DNA of 64,000 bases, from contig CAYHIN010000001.1 in the NCBI GenBank assembly GCA_964356705.1, positions 3,066-67,065 on the forward strand. Direction: 5' to 3'. The translations under genes were made by a program, and so were the position numbers. Within the stretch, counting starts at the first letter, position 1. Each line of letters begins with the position of its first letter. Source of the DNA: an uncultured Gammaproteobacteria bacterium (GTDB lineage: Bacteria; Patescibacteriota; Microgenomatia; CAZETR01; Amesbacteraceae). The notes beneath the pieces were generated by a model that was given only the letters and a program-made list of their open reading frames with translations, was not told where the DNA came from and searched no databases. Positions 46,397 through 57,683 of this stretch are shown here, piece after piece.

Positions 46397-46975
46397 GTGA
46401 AGACCACTATTCCCACCTCCTGGGCTCTCTACGTCATCTTCATTGCGTCATTTATTGTCTTCATCCTTCCGTCTCCAAGCGAGTTCTTTGCTTCAAAAAA
46501 AGTCACAAATTATTCAGGGGAGTGTGAAGCCTGCTCTTCCCATCCGTTGTCAGCTTCTGAAAAAAAAGTGGTCTGCGCCCCAGGATTAGAATGTAGCAAT
46601 AAAGCTATAACCGGTGGGGCCACGGGCACTTTATGTGTCCAGCCGGGTGAGAGTATCGATTATTGTCTAGTCGTTGACGAGCCTCCCACTCCCAAGGGCT
46701 GTCACTATCTCCAGATCCAATGCATCACCGCTCCCTGCGATCCAGTCCTAGTTTGTCCATCATCTGAACCCCAAAAATGTCAGCCCGTTGTAAATCCCTG
46801 CAGTCCTCACAGTTGTGATTACGACCCGGCGAAGTGTGAGGAGTCTTATACCTGCCCCGATTCCGAATGGGTGGACTGCATGCCAGGTCCTAGCACACCC
46901 AAGCTTCGTTGCCAAAAAGATTATTTAGACTGGATGCGCGACAATTGTCCCAATTTCCAAGGCGCAGCCTATTAG
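46397..46975 (+). CDS. Cys-rich exported protein
   Basis: TM, QCITAPC and CP..EWVDCMPG modules. Confidence 0.65.
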   Translation: MKTTIPTSWALYVIFIASFIVFILPSPSEFFASKKVTNYSGECEACSSHPLSASEKKVVCAPGLECSNKAITGGATGTLCVQPGESIDYCLVVDEPPTPKGCHYLQIQCITAPCDPVLVCPSSEPQKCQPVVNPCSPHSCDYDPAKCEESYTCPDSEWVDCMPGPSTPKLRCQKDYLDWMRDNCPNFQGAAY

Positions 46976-46989
46976 AGTATAGTTAATCA

Positions 46990-48417
46990 ATGGAAGACAA
47001 TTTGACTTCAGTCGAATCTACTCCCGCTCCCATTTCTGTTCCACCCCAACCCAAAATTTCTTCTCGCACAACCATAACCGTTCTTTCTCTCGCCCTCGTT
47101 GTTCTAGTAGGATTCGGTCTCTACGTGTCTACGTCACTACTCAAAGCTCCTCAATCTACGAATACCCAGTCTGAGCCACCGATTCCATCTCAAGAGGATT
47201 GGCAAACCTATACCAACTCTCAGTATGGTTTTTCTTTCCAACATCCTTCTGACGCCAAATTATATCAATCTCCCGAGGGTATAAATCCAAACACATTTAC
47301 AGTTTCACATACCGACGGTCAACCCGAGCAAGCAGATGCAGAACTCGCCCAGAGTGGCTATTTCTTTAATGTCACGGTCCGAGGATTGGCCACAGGCGTC
47401 ACCGTTGATCAAGTGTCCAAAGCTACACTCTCAGGCGCTAAGGAAAATTGCTACGCAGAATCCACCTTCACACCCATTGTTGATACAACCGTTGTCAGCC
47501 GTCCTGCAAAGTCCTATTCAGTAACCAATTGTCTCGGCGATTACACCGAGTATTTTGTTTCCAATGGGAGGTATGTATTTGCGATCACCCGTGTCCACGC
47601 GGGCGAACAGACGGACAAACTAGCTCACGAGGTCACTACCTCTCAGATCCTCTCCACTTTCAAATTTACATCCACGACTGACACTTCAAACTGGAAAACC
47701 TACACCCACTCAAGTGGTCTCTTTTCCTTTAATTATCCCAGTGACCTGGTCGAAGTTAAGTCTGACGACTCCATTACCATAGCTGACAAAAACCAAAACA
47801 CACCATATGTAGTCTTTTTCTATCCAAAAAGTCTCACAGCAGCAAGTGAGTTCAGGCAAGCCGCCCAAGCTGAAGCAGACAGTTCCACCCCCCAAGTGAG
47901 CGCGATCACATCACTAGATTTTGCTTATCCTGCCCTGGGTTTCACTGAAGATATGGGGTCCGATTCTTGGGAAAATGTTATCACTAGACCAAATTCAACT
48001 TCTGCCTTCTACATAAAAGCGAAATATCGCACTGGGCTCGAGTATCAAGCTCAGCAAATCCTCTCCACTTTCAAATTTCAAGATCCACTACAACCATACT
48101 CTGATTGGAAAAGTTACACCAGCGCCGAGCTTGGTTATTCTTTCAAGTACCCAGCGTCATGGAATGAAGTAATTGACCCAAGAACCGAAAAAGGTAACTT
48201 CACAATCCAATCACCTCAAAATGAGCTTATCCATGGTGTGATTTTTGAGAAAAATACAGCTTCCGGACCAGATGGTAATGGCAGAAAAACATTTTCCTTG
48301 GAGGACAAACAGCTACTCGTTACCTACGTAGAATGCGATGGGCCGGGTTGTGGATTTGGCAAGTTAGAACCGGAGACTTTTGACCAAATCCTCTCCACCT
48401 TCAAGTTTACTAATTAA
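46990..48417 (+). CDS. Membrane-anchored protein with three PsbP-like repeats
   Basis: W.TY..YGFSF.YP ... QILSTFKF three times. Confidence 0.75.
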   Translation: MEDNLTSVESTPAPISVPPQPKISSRTTITVLSLALVVLVGFGLYVSTSLLKAPQSTNTQSEPPIPSQEDWQTYTNSQYGFSFQHPSDAKLYQSPEGINPNTFTVSHTDGQPEQADAELAQSGYFFNVTVRGLATGVTVDQVSKATLSGAKENCYAESTFTPIVDTTVVSRPAKSYSVTNCLGDYTEYFVSNGRYVFAITRVHAGEQTDKLAHEVTTSQILSTFKFTSTTDTSNWKTYTHSSGLFSFNYPSDLVEVKSDDSITIADKNQNTPYVVFFYPKSLTAASEFRQAAQAEADSSTPQVSAITSLDFAYPALGFTEDMGSDSWENVITRPNSTSAFYIKAKYRTGLEYQAQQILSTFKFQDPLQPYSDWKSYTSAELGYSFKYPASWNEVIDPRTEKGNFTIQSPQNELIHGVIFEKNTASGPDGNGRKTFSLEDKQLLVTYVECDGPGCGFGKLEPETFDQILSTFKFTN

Positions 48418-50155
48418 CCCTCGTCCCTTTTAGGTACACCGCTTGCCATGGTCGATAGCTCGAGAAAAACGTTCTTTCTTGTAGCACTTCATCCCCTCGA
48501 GTGACTTTCCAGTCAAATGCCACTTTAGATCCATTGGCCGAATGCTCAGTCTGTACCAGTTTTCCTGCGATGAGTGTGGGGTCATCTTGGTAAAGCGGCG
48601 GAGGTGGTGGCACCACATCCCAGATCCGAGCTTTTGATACTGTTGCCACCCGGCCATCATTAGTGCCGTACAGCAAAAAAACCAAATGCTTGTTTTTCTC
48701 GTCAAACTCAGTCTGGATCAATATGTGTGCACCAGTGTCGTTGCGAAACTTAAAATCAGGACTAGGCTGAAATATCGTCGCATCAAATCCAGGTTGATAC
48801 CTCTCTTCGTAGTAGCTGACTCTAAATGCATGAGCGATCCTCTCGTCGATAGGTAGGCCTGCGTTCAAAATAGCCCGAAACAGAGTAGAAGACACCTGGC
48901 ACACTCCGCCGCCATCTCCCAGGACCGTTTTGCCACCTTGTATCACATAAGCTTGTTTGTACCCAGTCGCCCCCGATATCTCTCCCACCGTTTTGATAAA
49001 CGAAAAAGTCTCACCTGGCGGCACCAATACTCCATTTAGAGCCGCAGCCGCTTTTTGCAAATTAAAGATTCTGTTAGTAATCGACCCCGAAAACCACGAT
49101 TCTCCTTTTCCAATCAGCTCTTTGATACCAAGATCGTTTATATCTCCAGTCGAGATCGAGGGTTCCGTGGCTTTTGTCACTACCTCGAGTCGCGCATCAA
49201 CATGGCCGTTTTCCAAGGATAGGATTGCTTGATTCACCAGTTCAGCCGTCGCCTTAGCATCCAGGGCGTAACCCCTCTTCGCCGGTTTAAATTCTTCCAC
49301 TCGGCCATCGCCCACAAATTTAAAGCTCGCATTCTGAGCCTCTTTATTTACGGCAGCGGCTAACTGTCCCACAAAGCGGTCAATCTCAGAAGCCTTATAT
49401 TTCCCAGATACCGGATCGATCCAGGTAAATAGAGTTATATCCTGGGCCACCAATTCGACCTGGTCGGGAGAAAATGTCGCGATGACCTTTTTCTCGATCA
49501 GTTTTTCTGCTCTCATCTGGGCTTCACTTAGTTGTTTAGCCGTCAGTTTAGGCGAGATCACTCTCACATCCATCTCCACGCTCATTTTCCCCGTGCCCAC
49601 AGCATTTCGGATATCAAATATCAGATTCCTTTTATTTACCTCCTGTCCGTCTTCCCCATTTACTACATGCACACTTTTTTTGTCGGCTGATAGTTCAAAT
49701 TCGGGTTCCCGAGCCGGGATGTCTATTTGCGTCACCACCTCAGACACCATCTCGTTCAATTTATTTTCATCCCAAAAATATGCCACTGGCACTAAGACCT
49801 TTTTGGTGGAAAACAATTCTGTTTTGGCTTTCAGATTTCCTCCCAGGGTCTGGTTTCTGGCGTATTTCACAGCCGAGTCAGCCGTAGTTGCATAGTCATA
49901 TTCAAAATCTATTCTTTCAAAATCTATACCAAACTTACTCGTTCCCCACCGCAATTCGACCTGTTTACTCTCTCTCAGTTTTTGTGTGAGTAGATCCACG
50001 ATTTCCTTTCTGGTTTTCCCCCCTACACCTACTCCCGCCACTTCTACCCCAGGGTATGCTCGGTCCGCATATCTCATTTCAAATCCGATTCCCAAAAAAG
50101 CCGTCAACAGCACGAGTCCGCCTAAGATAGTTACCAGCTTCCCAAACCCTTTCAT
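48410..50155 (-). CDS. VanW family protein with peptidoglycan-binding repeats
   Basis: GETFSF, GGGVCQVSSTLF, GFDATI, DFKFRNDT. Confidence 0.9.
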   Translation of the reverse strand: MKGFGKLVTILGGLVLLTAFLGIGFEMRYADRAYPGVEVAGVGVGGKTRKEIVDLLTQKLRESKQVELRWGTSKFGIDFERIDFEYDYATTADSAVKYARNQTLGGNLKAKTELFSTKKVLVPVAYFWDENKLNEMVSEVVTQIDIPAREPEFELSADKKSVHVVNGEDGQEVNKRNLIFDIRNAVGTGKMSVEMDVRVISPKLTAKQLSEAQMRAEKLIEKKVIATFSPDQVELVAQDITLFTWIDPVSGKYKASEIDRFVGQLAAAVNKEAQNASFKFVGDGRVEEFKPAKRGYALDAKATAELVNQAILSLENGHVDARLEVVTKATEPSISTGDINDLGIKELIGKGESWFSGSITNRIFNLQKAAAALNGVLVPPGETFSFIKTVGEISGATGYKQAYVIQGGKTVLGDGGGVCQVSSTLFRAILNAGLPIDERIAHAFRVSYYEERYQPGFDATIFQPSPDFKFRNDTGAHILIQTEFDEKNKHLVFLLYGTNDGRVATVSKARIWDVVPPPPPLYQDDPTLIAGKLVQTEHSANGSKVAFDWKVTRGDEVLQERTFFSSYRPWQAVYLKGTRVN

Positions 50156-50184
50156 AGTAAGGTATATTATATATACTCAAAGTT

Positions 50185-51669
50185 ATGGATGATACTAATC
50201 TGCCACCAGTTCCTCAAACCGTCCAACCAACTGCTTTCGATCAACCTTCGATCACAACCGAAGCCCCCCTCCCGCCTACTCCCGTAGTAGCTCCTGTCAC
50301 TCCTCCGTCGGCCTCAGGAGAGGTCGATGTCGTAAAAAAATCAGGTCGCAAGTTTAATTTACTCCCTATTTTATTGATTCTTATTCTTTTGACAGCCTTA
50401 GGAGTCGGCGGCTATTTCTTGCTGGGCACTCTTCAAAAATCTCAGATTACAAAGCTTACCTATTGGGGTTTGTGGGAGCCGGCTGTAGTCATGCAGCCCC
50501 TCATCGAGGAGTACCAGGCCGCAAATCCCAACGTTCAGATCACATATCAGATGGAATCGGTTCGCGAATATCGCGAACGCCTTCAGTCTGCTCTCAGCCA
50601 GAATCGCGGTCCCGACATCTTTCGCATCCACAATTCTTGGATTCCCATGTTCAAATCCGATCTTGCCCCGGTTCCGTCCACCGTTTTCTCCACTTCCCAA
50701 TACAGTTCTACCTTTTATCCTGTGGCCTCAGAATCTCTGACTCTCAATTCCCAACACCTTGCTCTCCCGCTACAATACGAAGGCTTGATCATGTATGTAA
50801 ACGACCAGCTTCTTTCCGAAAACGGTCTTCAGGTGCCGTCCAATTGGGACGAGCTCAGATCAGCAGCAATTACTATCAGCAGATGTGCCACCGAGACTGG
50901 AGCCTGTAAGCCCGGGGCCCGAGTCGAAGTGGCAGGCGCCGGTTTAGGTCTCACGGACAATGTCGATCATTGGCAAGACATTGTGGCTAGTCTGCTCTTG
51001 CAAAACAATGTCAATCTAAACTCTCCCTCAGGTCGGGCCGCCCAGGATGTCTTTGATTTTTACTCTAGTTTTTCTCGAAGTTTGGGTGTCTGGGAGTCCA
51101 CCCTCTCGCCGTCTACGGCTTTGTTTCAAAGCGGCAAGCTCGCCATCTACTTTGCCCCGTCCTGGCGCTATCACGAGATTCGTCAGGCCAATCCCGAGCT
51201 TTCTTTCTCAGTTCACCCCATTCCCCAAGCCCCTCTAGATCCAGAGCGGGGGGAGCGTCCAGTCACCTGGGCCACTTTTTGGGCCGAGGGTGTAAATGCC
51301 AAGAGCAAAAATGCCCAAGCAGCCTGGGATTTCCTCGCCTTCTTGAGCACCAAAGAGTCACTAGAAAAAATGTACACCGCCGAAGTCGCTCTAGGTCGTG
51401 AGTTTGGCGAGATCTACCCTCGAGTAGACATGCAGGATACAGCCCAGATCAATCCGGTAGTCTCCACCGTACTTTCGGGAGCTGCCAATAGCAGGTCTTG
51501 GTATCTGGCTTCTTACACCTTCGATGGCCCGACAGGCATCAATTCTCGTCTCAGCATCGCGTTTGCAAACGTATTGTCAGGGAAATTACAGCTAGACAAA
51601 CTCCCCGCAGAAATAAATGCTATCCTGGGCCAGTATGGCCTCGGCTCAGCCCCCCAAATCGCTCAGTAA
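50185..51669 (+). CDS. ABC-type sugar solute-binding protein
   Basis: LTYWGLWE, GPDIFRIHNSW, FQSGKLAIYF, AAWDFLAFL. Confidence 0.85.
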   Translation: MDDTNLPPVPQTVQPTAFDQPSITTEAPLPPTPVVAPVTPPSASGEVDVVKKSGRKFNLLPILLILILLTALGVGGYFLLGTLQKSQITKLTYWGLWEPAVVMQPLIEEYQAANPNVQITYQMESVREYRERLQSALSQNRGPDIFRIHNSWIPMFKSDLAPVPSTVFSTSQYSSTFYPVASESLTLNSQHLALPLQYEGLIMYVNDQLLSENGLQVPSNWDELRSAAITISRCATETGACKPGARVEVAGAGLGLTDNVDHWQDIVASLLLQNNVNLNSPSGRAAQDVFDFYSSFSRSLGVWESTLSPSTALFQSGKLAIYFAPSWRYHEIRQANPELSFSVHPIPQAPLDPERGERPVTWATFWAEGVNAKSKNAQAAWDFLAFLSTKESLEKMYTAEVALGREFGEIYPRVDMQDTAQINPVVSTVLSGAANSRSWYLASYTFDGPTGINSRLSIAFANVLSGKLQLDKLPAEINAILGQYGLGSAPQIAQ

Positions 51670-52432
51670 CGCCCGTTCTTACTTCGCCCAGTTCAGCTAT
51701 CCTATTACCAAATCCGAAGCAATCTATTGGCAATCCCCATTCGCACCTTCACGTCATTCCCGATCTAATCGGGAATCCAGTCTCATTCGCAAACAACGCT
51801 TTGTTTTTTCAAAACCAAAATGGCAGATCGCCAAAAAAATAGGAGAGTCTCTTTCTCACATCCCAACAATCCAAGCTATTTTTGTCACCGGCGCCCTCTC
51901 CATGGACAATTGTCCCGAGGACGACGATATCGACATCATGCTTGTGACCCGCCCCCACACTCTTTGGCTTACCCGTGCCATAGTAGTAGTCTATCTCACT
52001 TTAAAAAATCTCCGTCGCCCTCCCTCGCTTCCCGAGCACTCGTCGCCTCGGGTAAAGGACAAAATCTGCGACAATCTCTACCTCGATGCAAATAGCTTAA
52101 GGCTAACGACTAATGACTTATACATCGCGCACGAAATTCTTCAGGCCAAATGCATCTTTGACCGCGGCGGCATCCATCACCAGTTCTTAGCTCAAAATTC
52201 ATGGGTAAAAAAATACCTCCCCGTAGCCTACAAACAAACTCTCTCTAGCCTTGTCATGCTGAGTCGCAACGAAGCATCCAGGCCCAATCTATTATTCAAA
52301 ATTCTCAATTCACTATTCTTTTTACTCCAGTATTCCTACATGAAGCCCAAGATTACTCAAGAAAAAATCACCCTCGGCTCCGCCTTCTTCCACCCCAGAT
52401 CTAGTATCTCCGCTTCTCAAGACGCTTTTTAA
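51635..52432 (+). CDS. Nucleotidyltransferase-fold hypothetical protein
   Basis: FVTGALSM....DDDIDIM (GS/DxD-like); start uncertain. Confidence 0.7.
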   Translation: MASAQPPKSLSNARSYFAQFSYPITKSEAIYWQSPFAPSRHSRSNRESSLIRKQRFVFSKPKWQIAKKIGESLSHIPTIQAIFVTGALSMDNCPEDDDIDIMLVTRPHTLWLTRAIVVVYLTLKNLRRPPSLPEHSSPRVKDKICDNLYLDANSLRLTTNDLYIAHEILQAKCIFDRGGIHHQFLAQNSWVKKYLPVAYKQTLSSLVMLSRNEASRPNLLFKILNSLFFLLQYSYMKPKITQEKITLGSAFFHPRSSISASQDAF

Positions 52433-52940
52433 ATAGATTCTCTGTATATCCACCTTCGTTAATAAATTTATTCTCAAGGGATCTCGTCAGTTGATCCAGT
52501 AAATAGTTTTCTTTATAAAGTAGCACAACCATCAAGTTTGCAAACCCTTGTGCTTCTTCAAGATATTTCCCATACGGCGAATTTGCCCAATTGGCCGAAT
52601 TAGTCCAATTCGGACCTTCTCTAATAGACCTGAGTTCTCTTACTCGCTGGTCCTCTTTCTCCCACAGTTTCAAGCCATGCTGACGCAGGTAGTCCTTAAA
52701 ATCCTCGAGCAGTTCACCAAAAGATCCTCTAGATACTCCTGTCAACTTTATTTGGCTTTTTAGACTTTTCTCCAGGCTTCCCTCAGCTATGTTTTGCTTA
52801 CCCGATCTTGCCGCTTGCACCATTTGATCATGTGTTCGCGATCTTTTGTCTATGTATCTGTCACAAAAAATCACAGTCAAGTCATAAATCGTCGTCGCCA
52901 AGCGAAATACTATCAGATTTTCATACCCGCCATTTCCCAT
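52401..52940 (-). CDS. Four-helix bundle (23S rRNA IVP-like) protein with suffix domain
   Basis: RTHDQMVQAARSGKQNIAEG, ELLEDFKDYL, F..EGGYTENL. Confidence 0.88.
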   Translation of the reverse strand: MGNGGYENLIVFRLATTIYDLTVIFCDRYIDKRSRTHDQMVQAARSGKQNIAEGSLEKSLKSQIKLTGVSRGSFGELLEDFKDYLRQHGLKLWEKEDQRVRELRSIREGPNWTNSANWANSPYGKYLEEAQGFANLMVVLLYKENYLLDQLTRSLENKFINEGGYTENLFKKRLEKRRY

Positions 52941-53037
52941 ACAACCAAATTAGCCCAATTGGCCTAATTAGTCCAATTTACGCCCCCTCCCTCTTGACGT
53001 GTTTTTGTCCATCTGGTATATATGCACCTAGCAAACT

Positions 53038-54983
<1,946 letters not shown>

Positions 54984-55003
54984 CGAGGTGGTATAATAAA
55001 CAC

Positions 55004-55072
55004 ATAAAGTCGGGACATAGGTGGCCCCTCGCCGTAGACTCGGTGGGTGATGTTAACAATCCCGGCTTTTTT
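55004..55072 (+). ncRNA. Candidate small structured RNA
   Basis: TGgTATAAT 54989-54997; nested stems with G-U pairs favouring the + strand; U-tail. Confidence 0.55.
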
Positions 55073-55074
55073 CA

Positions 55075-55527
55075 TTACAGAAATTTAACAATATCCTCAA
55101 AGGCAATTTTCTTATAACTTTCCGGCCGTCTCTTCATTCTATGTACACTCCAACACAACAAATGCGCTGGTGACACCTTCCCGATTCGTACAAATCTGAT
55201 ACTATCTTCCCATTGACCTTCAAATTTATTGTCCAACAATTTCTTTAACGATTTTCTGATCAATTCCTCATACCCAGAATACTCTTCATCGATCTCCAGC
55301 ACAGAGTACTTAGAAAGATTCCGTACAAGTAAATAAACACAAATGGCAAAAACAATCGGCACTAATTCTTTTGTAGGATACGCTTTTTTCTTAGAATACT
55401 GGATCAGCCTTCTCTTTACTGTGGTTTTAATTATCAGCAAACCATGTTGTCCATTTGCAAAAGCCAATACTGTGTCTGTATCCAACTGCTCCATTCTTCC
55501 ACTCTGATCAATCTCCACTCTCACCAA
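55075..55527 (-). CDS. RNase H-fold / DUF3800-like putative nuclease
   Basis: N-terminal beta-strand VEIDQSG, internal LEIDEE. Confidence 0.5.
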   Translation of the reverse strand: MVRVEIDQSGRMEQLDTDTVLAFANGQHGLLIIKTTVKRRLIQYSKKKAYPTKELVPIVFAICVYLLVRNLSKYSVLEIDEEYSGYEELIRKSLKKLLDNKFEGQWEDSIRFVRIGKVSPAHLLCWSVHRMKRRPESYKKIAFEDIVKFL

Positions 55528-55564
55528 GTAAGTATATTAAAAACAAAACCCGAAAGTCAATTCA

Positions 55565-55849
55565 TTATTTTCTCCTGTAATATCTACATTCTCCACAACT
55601 TTTTTCCAAAGCAGTTGTTACTTCCGGGTCAATAGGTCTTCCAGTACCAAACAGTCTCGCCACTACCTCTCCACCTGCCAATTTTACCCTATCATAATTG
55701 TTGCTACTCACAATTTCTGGCCTGTCACACCCATAATTTTCGTTATATCCCAATTCTCCCAAAGCATATCCATCTTCTCCTCCATAACCAAAGTCCAAAG
55801 CATTCTCACAACTAGCCCATTTTTGGACCACGCTGGGATCAGTATTCAT
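55565..55849 (-). CDS. Hypothetical protein
   Basis: 94-aa ORF with Cys residues incl. CxxC; overlaps the NUDIX stop. Confidence 0.55.
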   Translation of the reverse strand: MNTDPSVVQKWASCENALDFGYGGEDGYALGELGYNENYGCDRPEIVSSNNYDRVKLAGGEVVARLFGTGRPIDPEVTTALEKSCGECRYYRRK

Positions 55850-56531
55850 CTACTATCTCCTTTCTCTCTTCATAAACCAGCTCTTTCCCAAGTACAGCTC
55901 TTTCCATTACTTCAAAGCTGGCAAACACATGCGGCAGCTTGCGATAATCAGTCTCAGTCATCCAGATATTCTCTCCATCTTCCATTTTCTCAATCAGTTC
56001 ACCTTTCACATTATCTACTCGATATATCCAAAAGTATTTGTCTTCCAAAAATTTTTCCTCTTTATTAAACACATGATAATGAACGATCATTTTCAAGCTA
56101 AATTCTCCTGTCAGTCCAGTTTCTTCCATCAGTTCTCGTCTGGCACATTCCTCAGGCGTCTCGCCCCATCTTATTTTGCCACTCTGGCTGCCACACCAGC
56201 CAAAATATGGGTCCTTAGACCTCCTGTGGATCAAATATTCCAACTTGCCATCCACGACCCGCACCGGATGCAAAGCGATCAAGATTTTAGCCTGCTTCTC
56301 AATCTTCAAAGCATCTGTATCCAGCCGACTAGCAAATTCCTTCCCTTCGTCGGTCAAAAAATATTTATTGCCATCTTTTCGTACCAATCCTTCTTCCACC
56401 AGTCGGTTTATATGAAACGTAAAATGATCATTGGTCACATCGACTTTTTTCAAGTCGCGAAATCTGGCCCCAGGCTTAAACAGCAGTTCTCGCAGGATCG
56501 ATATCTGAAAGTCATGAATCTTGAGTTCCAT
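55839..56531 (-). CDS. wHTH + NUDIX hydrolase
   Basis: FTFHINRLVEEGLV; GKIRWGETPEECARRELMEETGL. Confidence 0.88.
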   Translation of the reverse strand: MELKIHDFQISILRELLFKPGARFRDLKKVDVTNDHFTFHINRLVEEGLVRKDGNKYFLTDEGKEFASRLDTDALKIEKQAKILIALHPVRVVDGKLEYLIHRRSKDPYFGWCGSQSGKIRWGETPEECARRELMEETGLTGEFSLKMIVHYHVFNKEEKFLEDKYFWIYRVDNVKGELIEKMEDGENIWMTETDYRKLPHVFASFEVMERAVLGKELVYEERKEIVDEY

Positions 56532-56625
56532 GTCCCTATTTTTACCATGTCAGTGATTCAAATCTAGTAAACCCAACTTCACCAAAAACACCCTTTACTA
56601 AATTGGTTATGATGTAATCCCGAAT

Positions 56626-56790
56626 ATGAAAACCAAAAAGTTTAAAACTATACCAAAATTCAAAAATGAAGATGATGAACGCGCCTTCTGGGATAGAGTA
56701 GACTCTTCAGATTATTTTGACTGGTCAAAAGGTCATCGTGTCAAGTTTCCCAATCTCAAGCTCTCCACCGAGACCAAAGTGTTACAATCC
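56626..56790 (+). pseudogene. Truncated BrnA/CopG-type antitoxin
   Basis: IPKFKNEDDERAFWD..DSSDY.DW..FPNLK; RHH C-terminus absent. Confidence 0.65.
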
Positions 56791-56797
56791 CAAAGTC

Positions 56798-57049
56798 ATG
56801 GAAGTTCCCTCGTCATACGAAGCAGATGAACCAATCATTCCAGAGTTTGTTCGCAGGCCAAAGAGAGGAGACAGGGCTATTGTCGACCTGGGTTGGCGTC
56901 ACAGTGACCTCTCTCCAGCCTTAGACACGTTCCCAATAACGGAAGCTAGGGATGGTCGAGTCGTTTTAGGCCTAGGCGTAGGCTGCACACTTACAGTTGG
57001 TGAAGAAGGAGTAGAGATCGTAATCAAGGCCGCAGGCGCTAAAAAATGA
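56798..57049 (+). CDS. Hypothetical protein
   Basis: ATG 56798 follows TGTTACAAT. Confidence 0.55.
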   Translation: MEVPSSYEADEPIIPEFVRRPKRGDRAIVDLGWRHSDLSPALDTFPITEARDGRVVLGLGVGCTLTVGEEGVEIVIKAAGAKK

Positions 57050-57065
57050 ATGTTAAAATCTGCTC

Positions 57066-57401
57066 ATGCTGATCTTTCTGACTTCTCATGCTACCCCAGA
57101 TCAAATCTCCCAAGCCGCACTCGATTTAGACGGTTACGTAAAATTCGTTGTCGATCTCAATCGTGAGGTTATGACCATCGGAGGCACGCGCCATATGGAT
57201 GGGGAACAGCTCCTACTTCAGGACGGCAGCCACCAGTCAGATCTTTGGGGCGGGGGAGTAGATCTTGAGACAAAACAGATTGATTTTGAATCCATGATCA
57301 ATATTCGTCCCACTCAAAATAATCCCAGCCGTGAAGTTTTGGATACCGGACTTCGCTCTCAAATTCAAGAAGTTATTTCTCAATTGTTCATCAAGCTGTG
57401 A
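57066..57401 (+). CDS. DUF5674-like protein
   Basis: VKFVVD, HMDGEQ.LL..GS.QSDLWGG, FESMINIRP..N.S. Confidence 0.75.
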   Translation: MLIFLTSHATPDQISQAALDLDGYVKFVVDLNREVMTIGGTRHMDGEQLLLQDGSHQSDLWGGGVDLETKQIDFESMINIRPTQNNPSREVLDTGLRSQIQEVISQLFIKL

Positions 57402-57667
57402 CGCCCCGAGACTTGATCTTGAATATTGCAGTCAATCTCAGCCGCATCGGTCGATTTATCTACGAAAATCGGTTGTCACGGGTCCAACAATTTGCAGCTG
57501 AAGCCAATCTTGAGCTTAAGCTTCTTAAATCACATAAGCTACCTAAGCCACTTAATTTTCCTATCTCCCAGTCTCAAAAGCTACTTAACCAGATGTCTAA
57601 TCCAAATCCTGAAGACTTCTTTACCTACGCCTCTATCCTCACCCACCGCTCCAAACTAGCTGTCTAG
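57398..57667 (+). CDS. Small helical protein coupled to DUF5674-like gene
   Basis: GTGA overlap; NIAVNLSRIG..LTHR. Confidence 0.6.
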   Translation: MTPRDLILNIAVNLSRIGRFIYENRLSRVQQFAAEANLELKLLKSHKLPKPLNFPISQSQKLLNQMSNPNPEDFFTYASILTHRSKLAV

Positions 57668-57683
57668 TGCTACAATTCAGAAA

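Noticed and set aside
46990-48417. Repeated ATCCTCTCCAC(T/C)TTCAA as CRISPR or DGR repeat
   Set aside because: Encodes the QILSTFKF end of three protein repeats, spaced hundreds of bp apart; no cas or RT gene.
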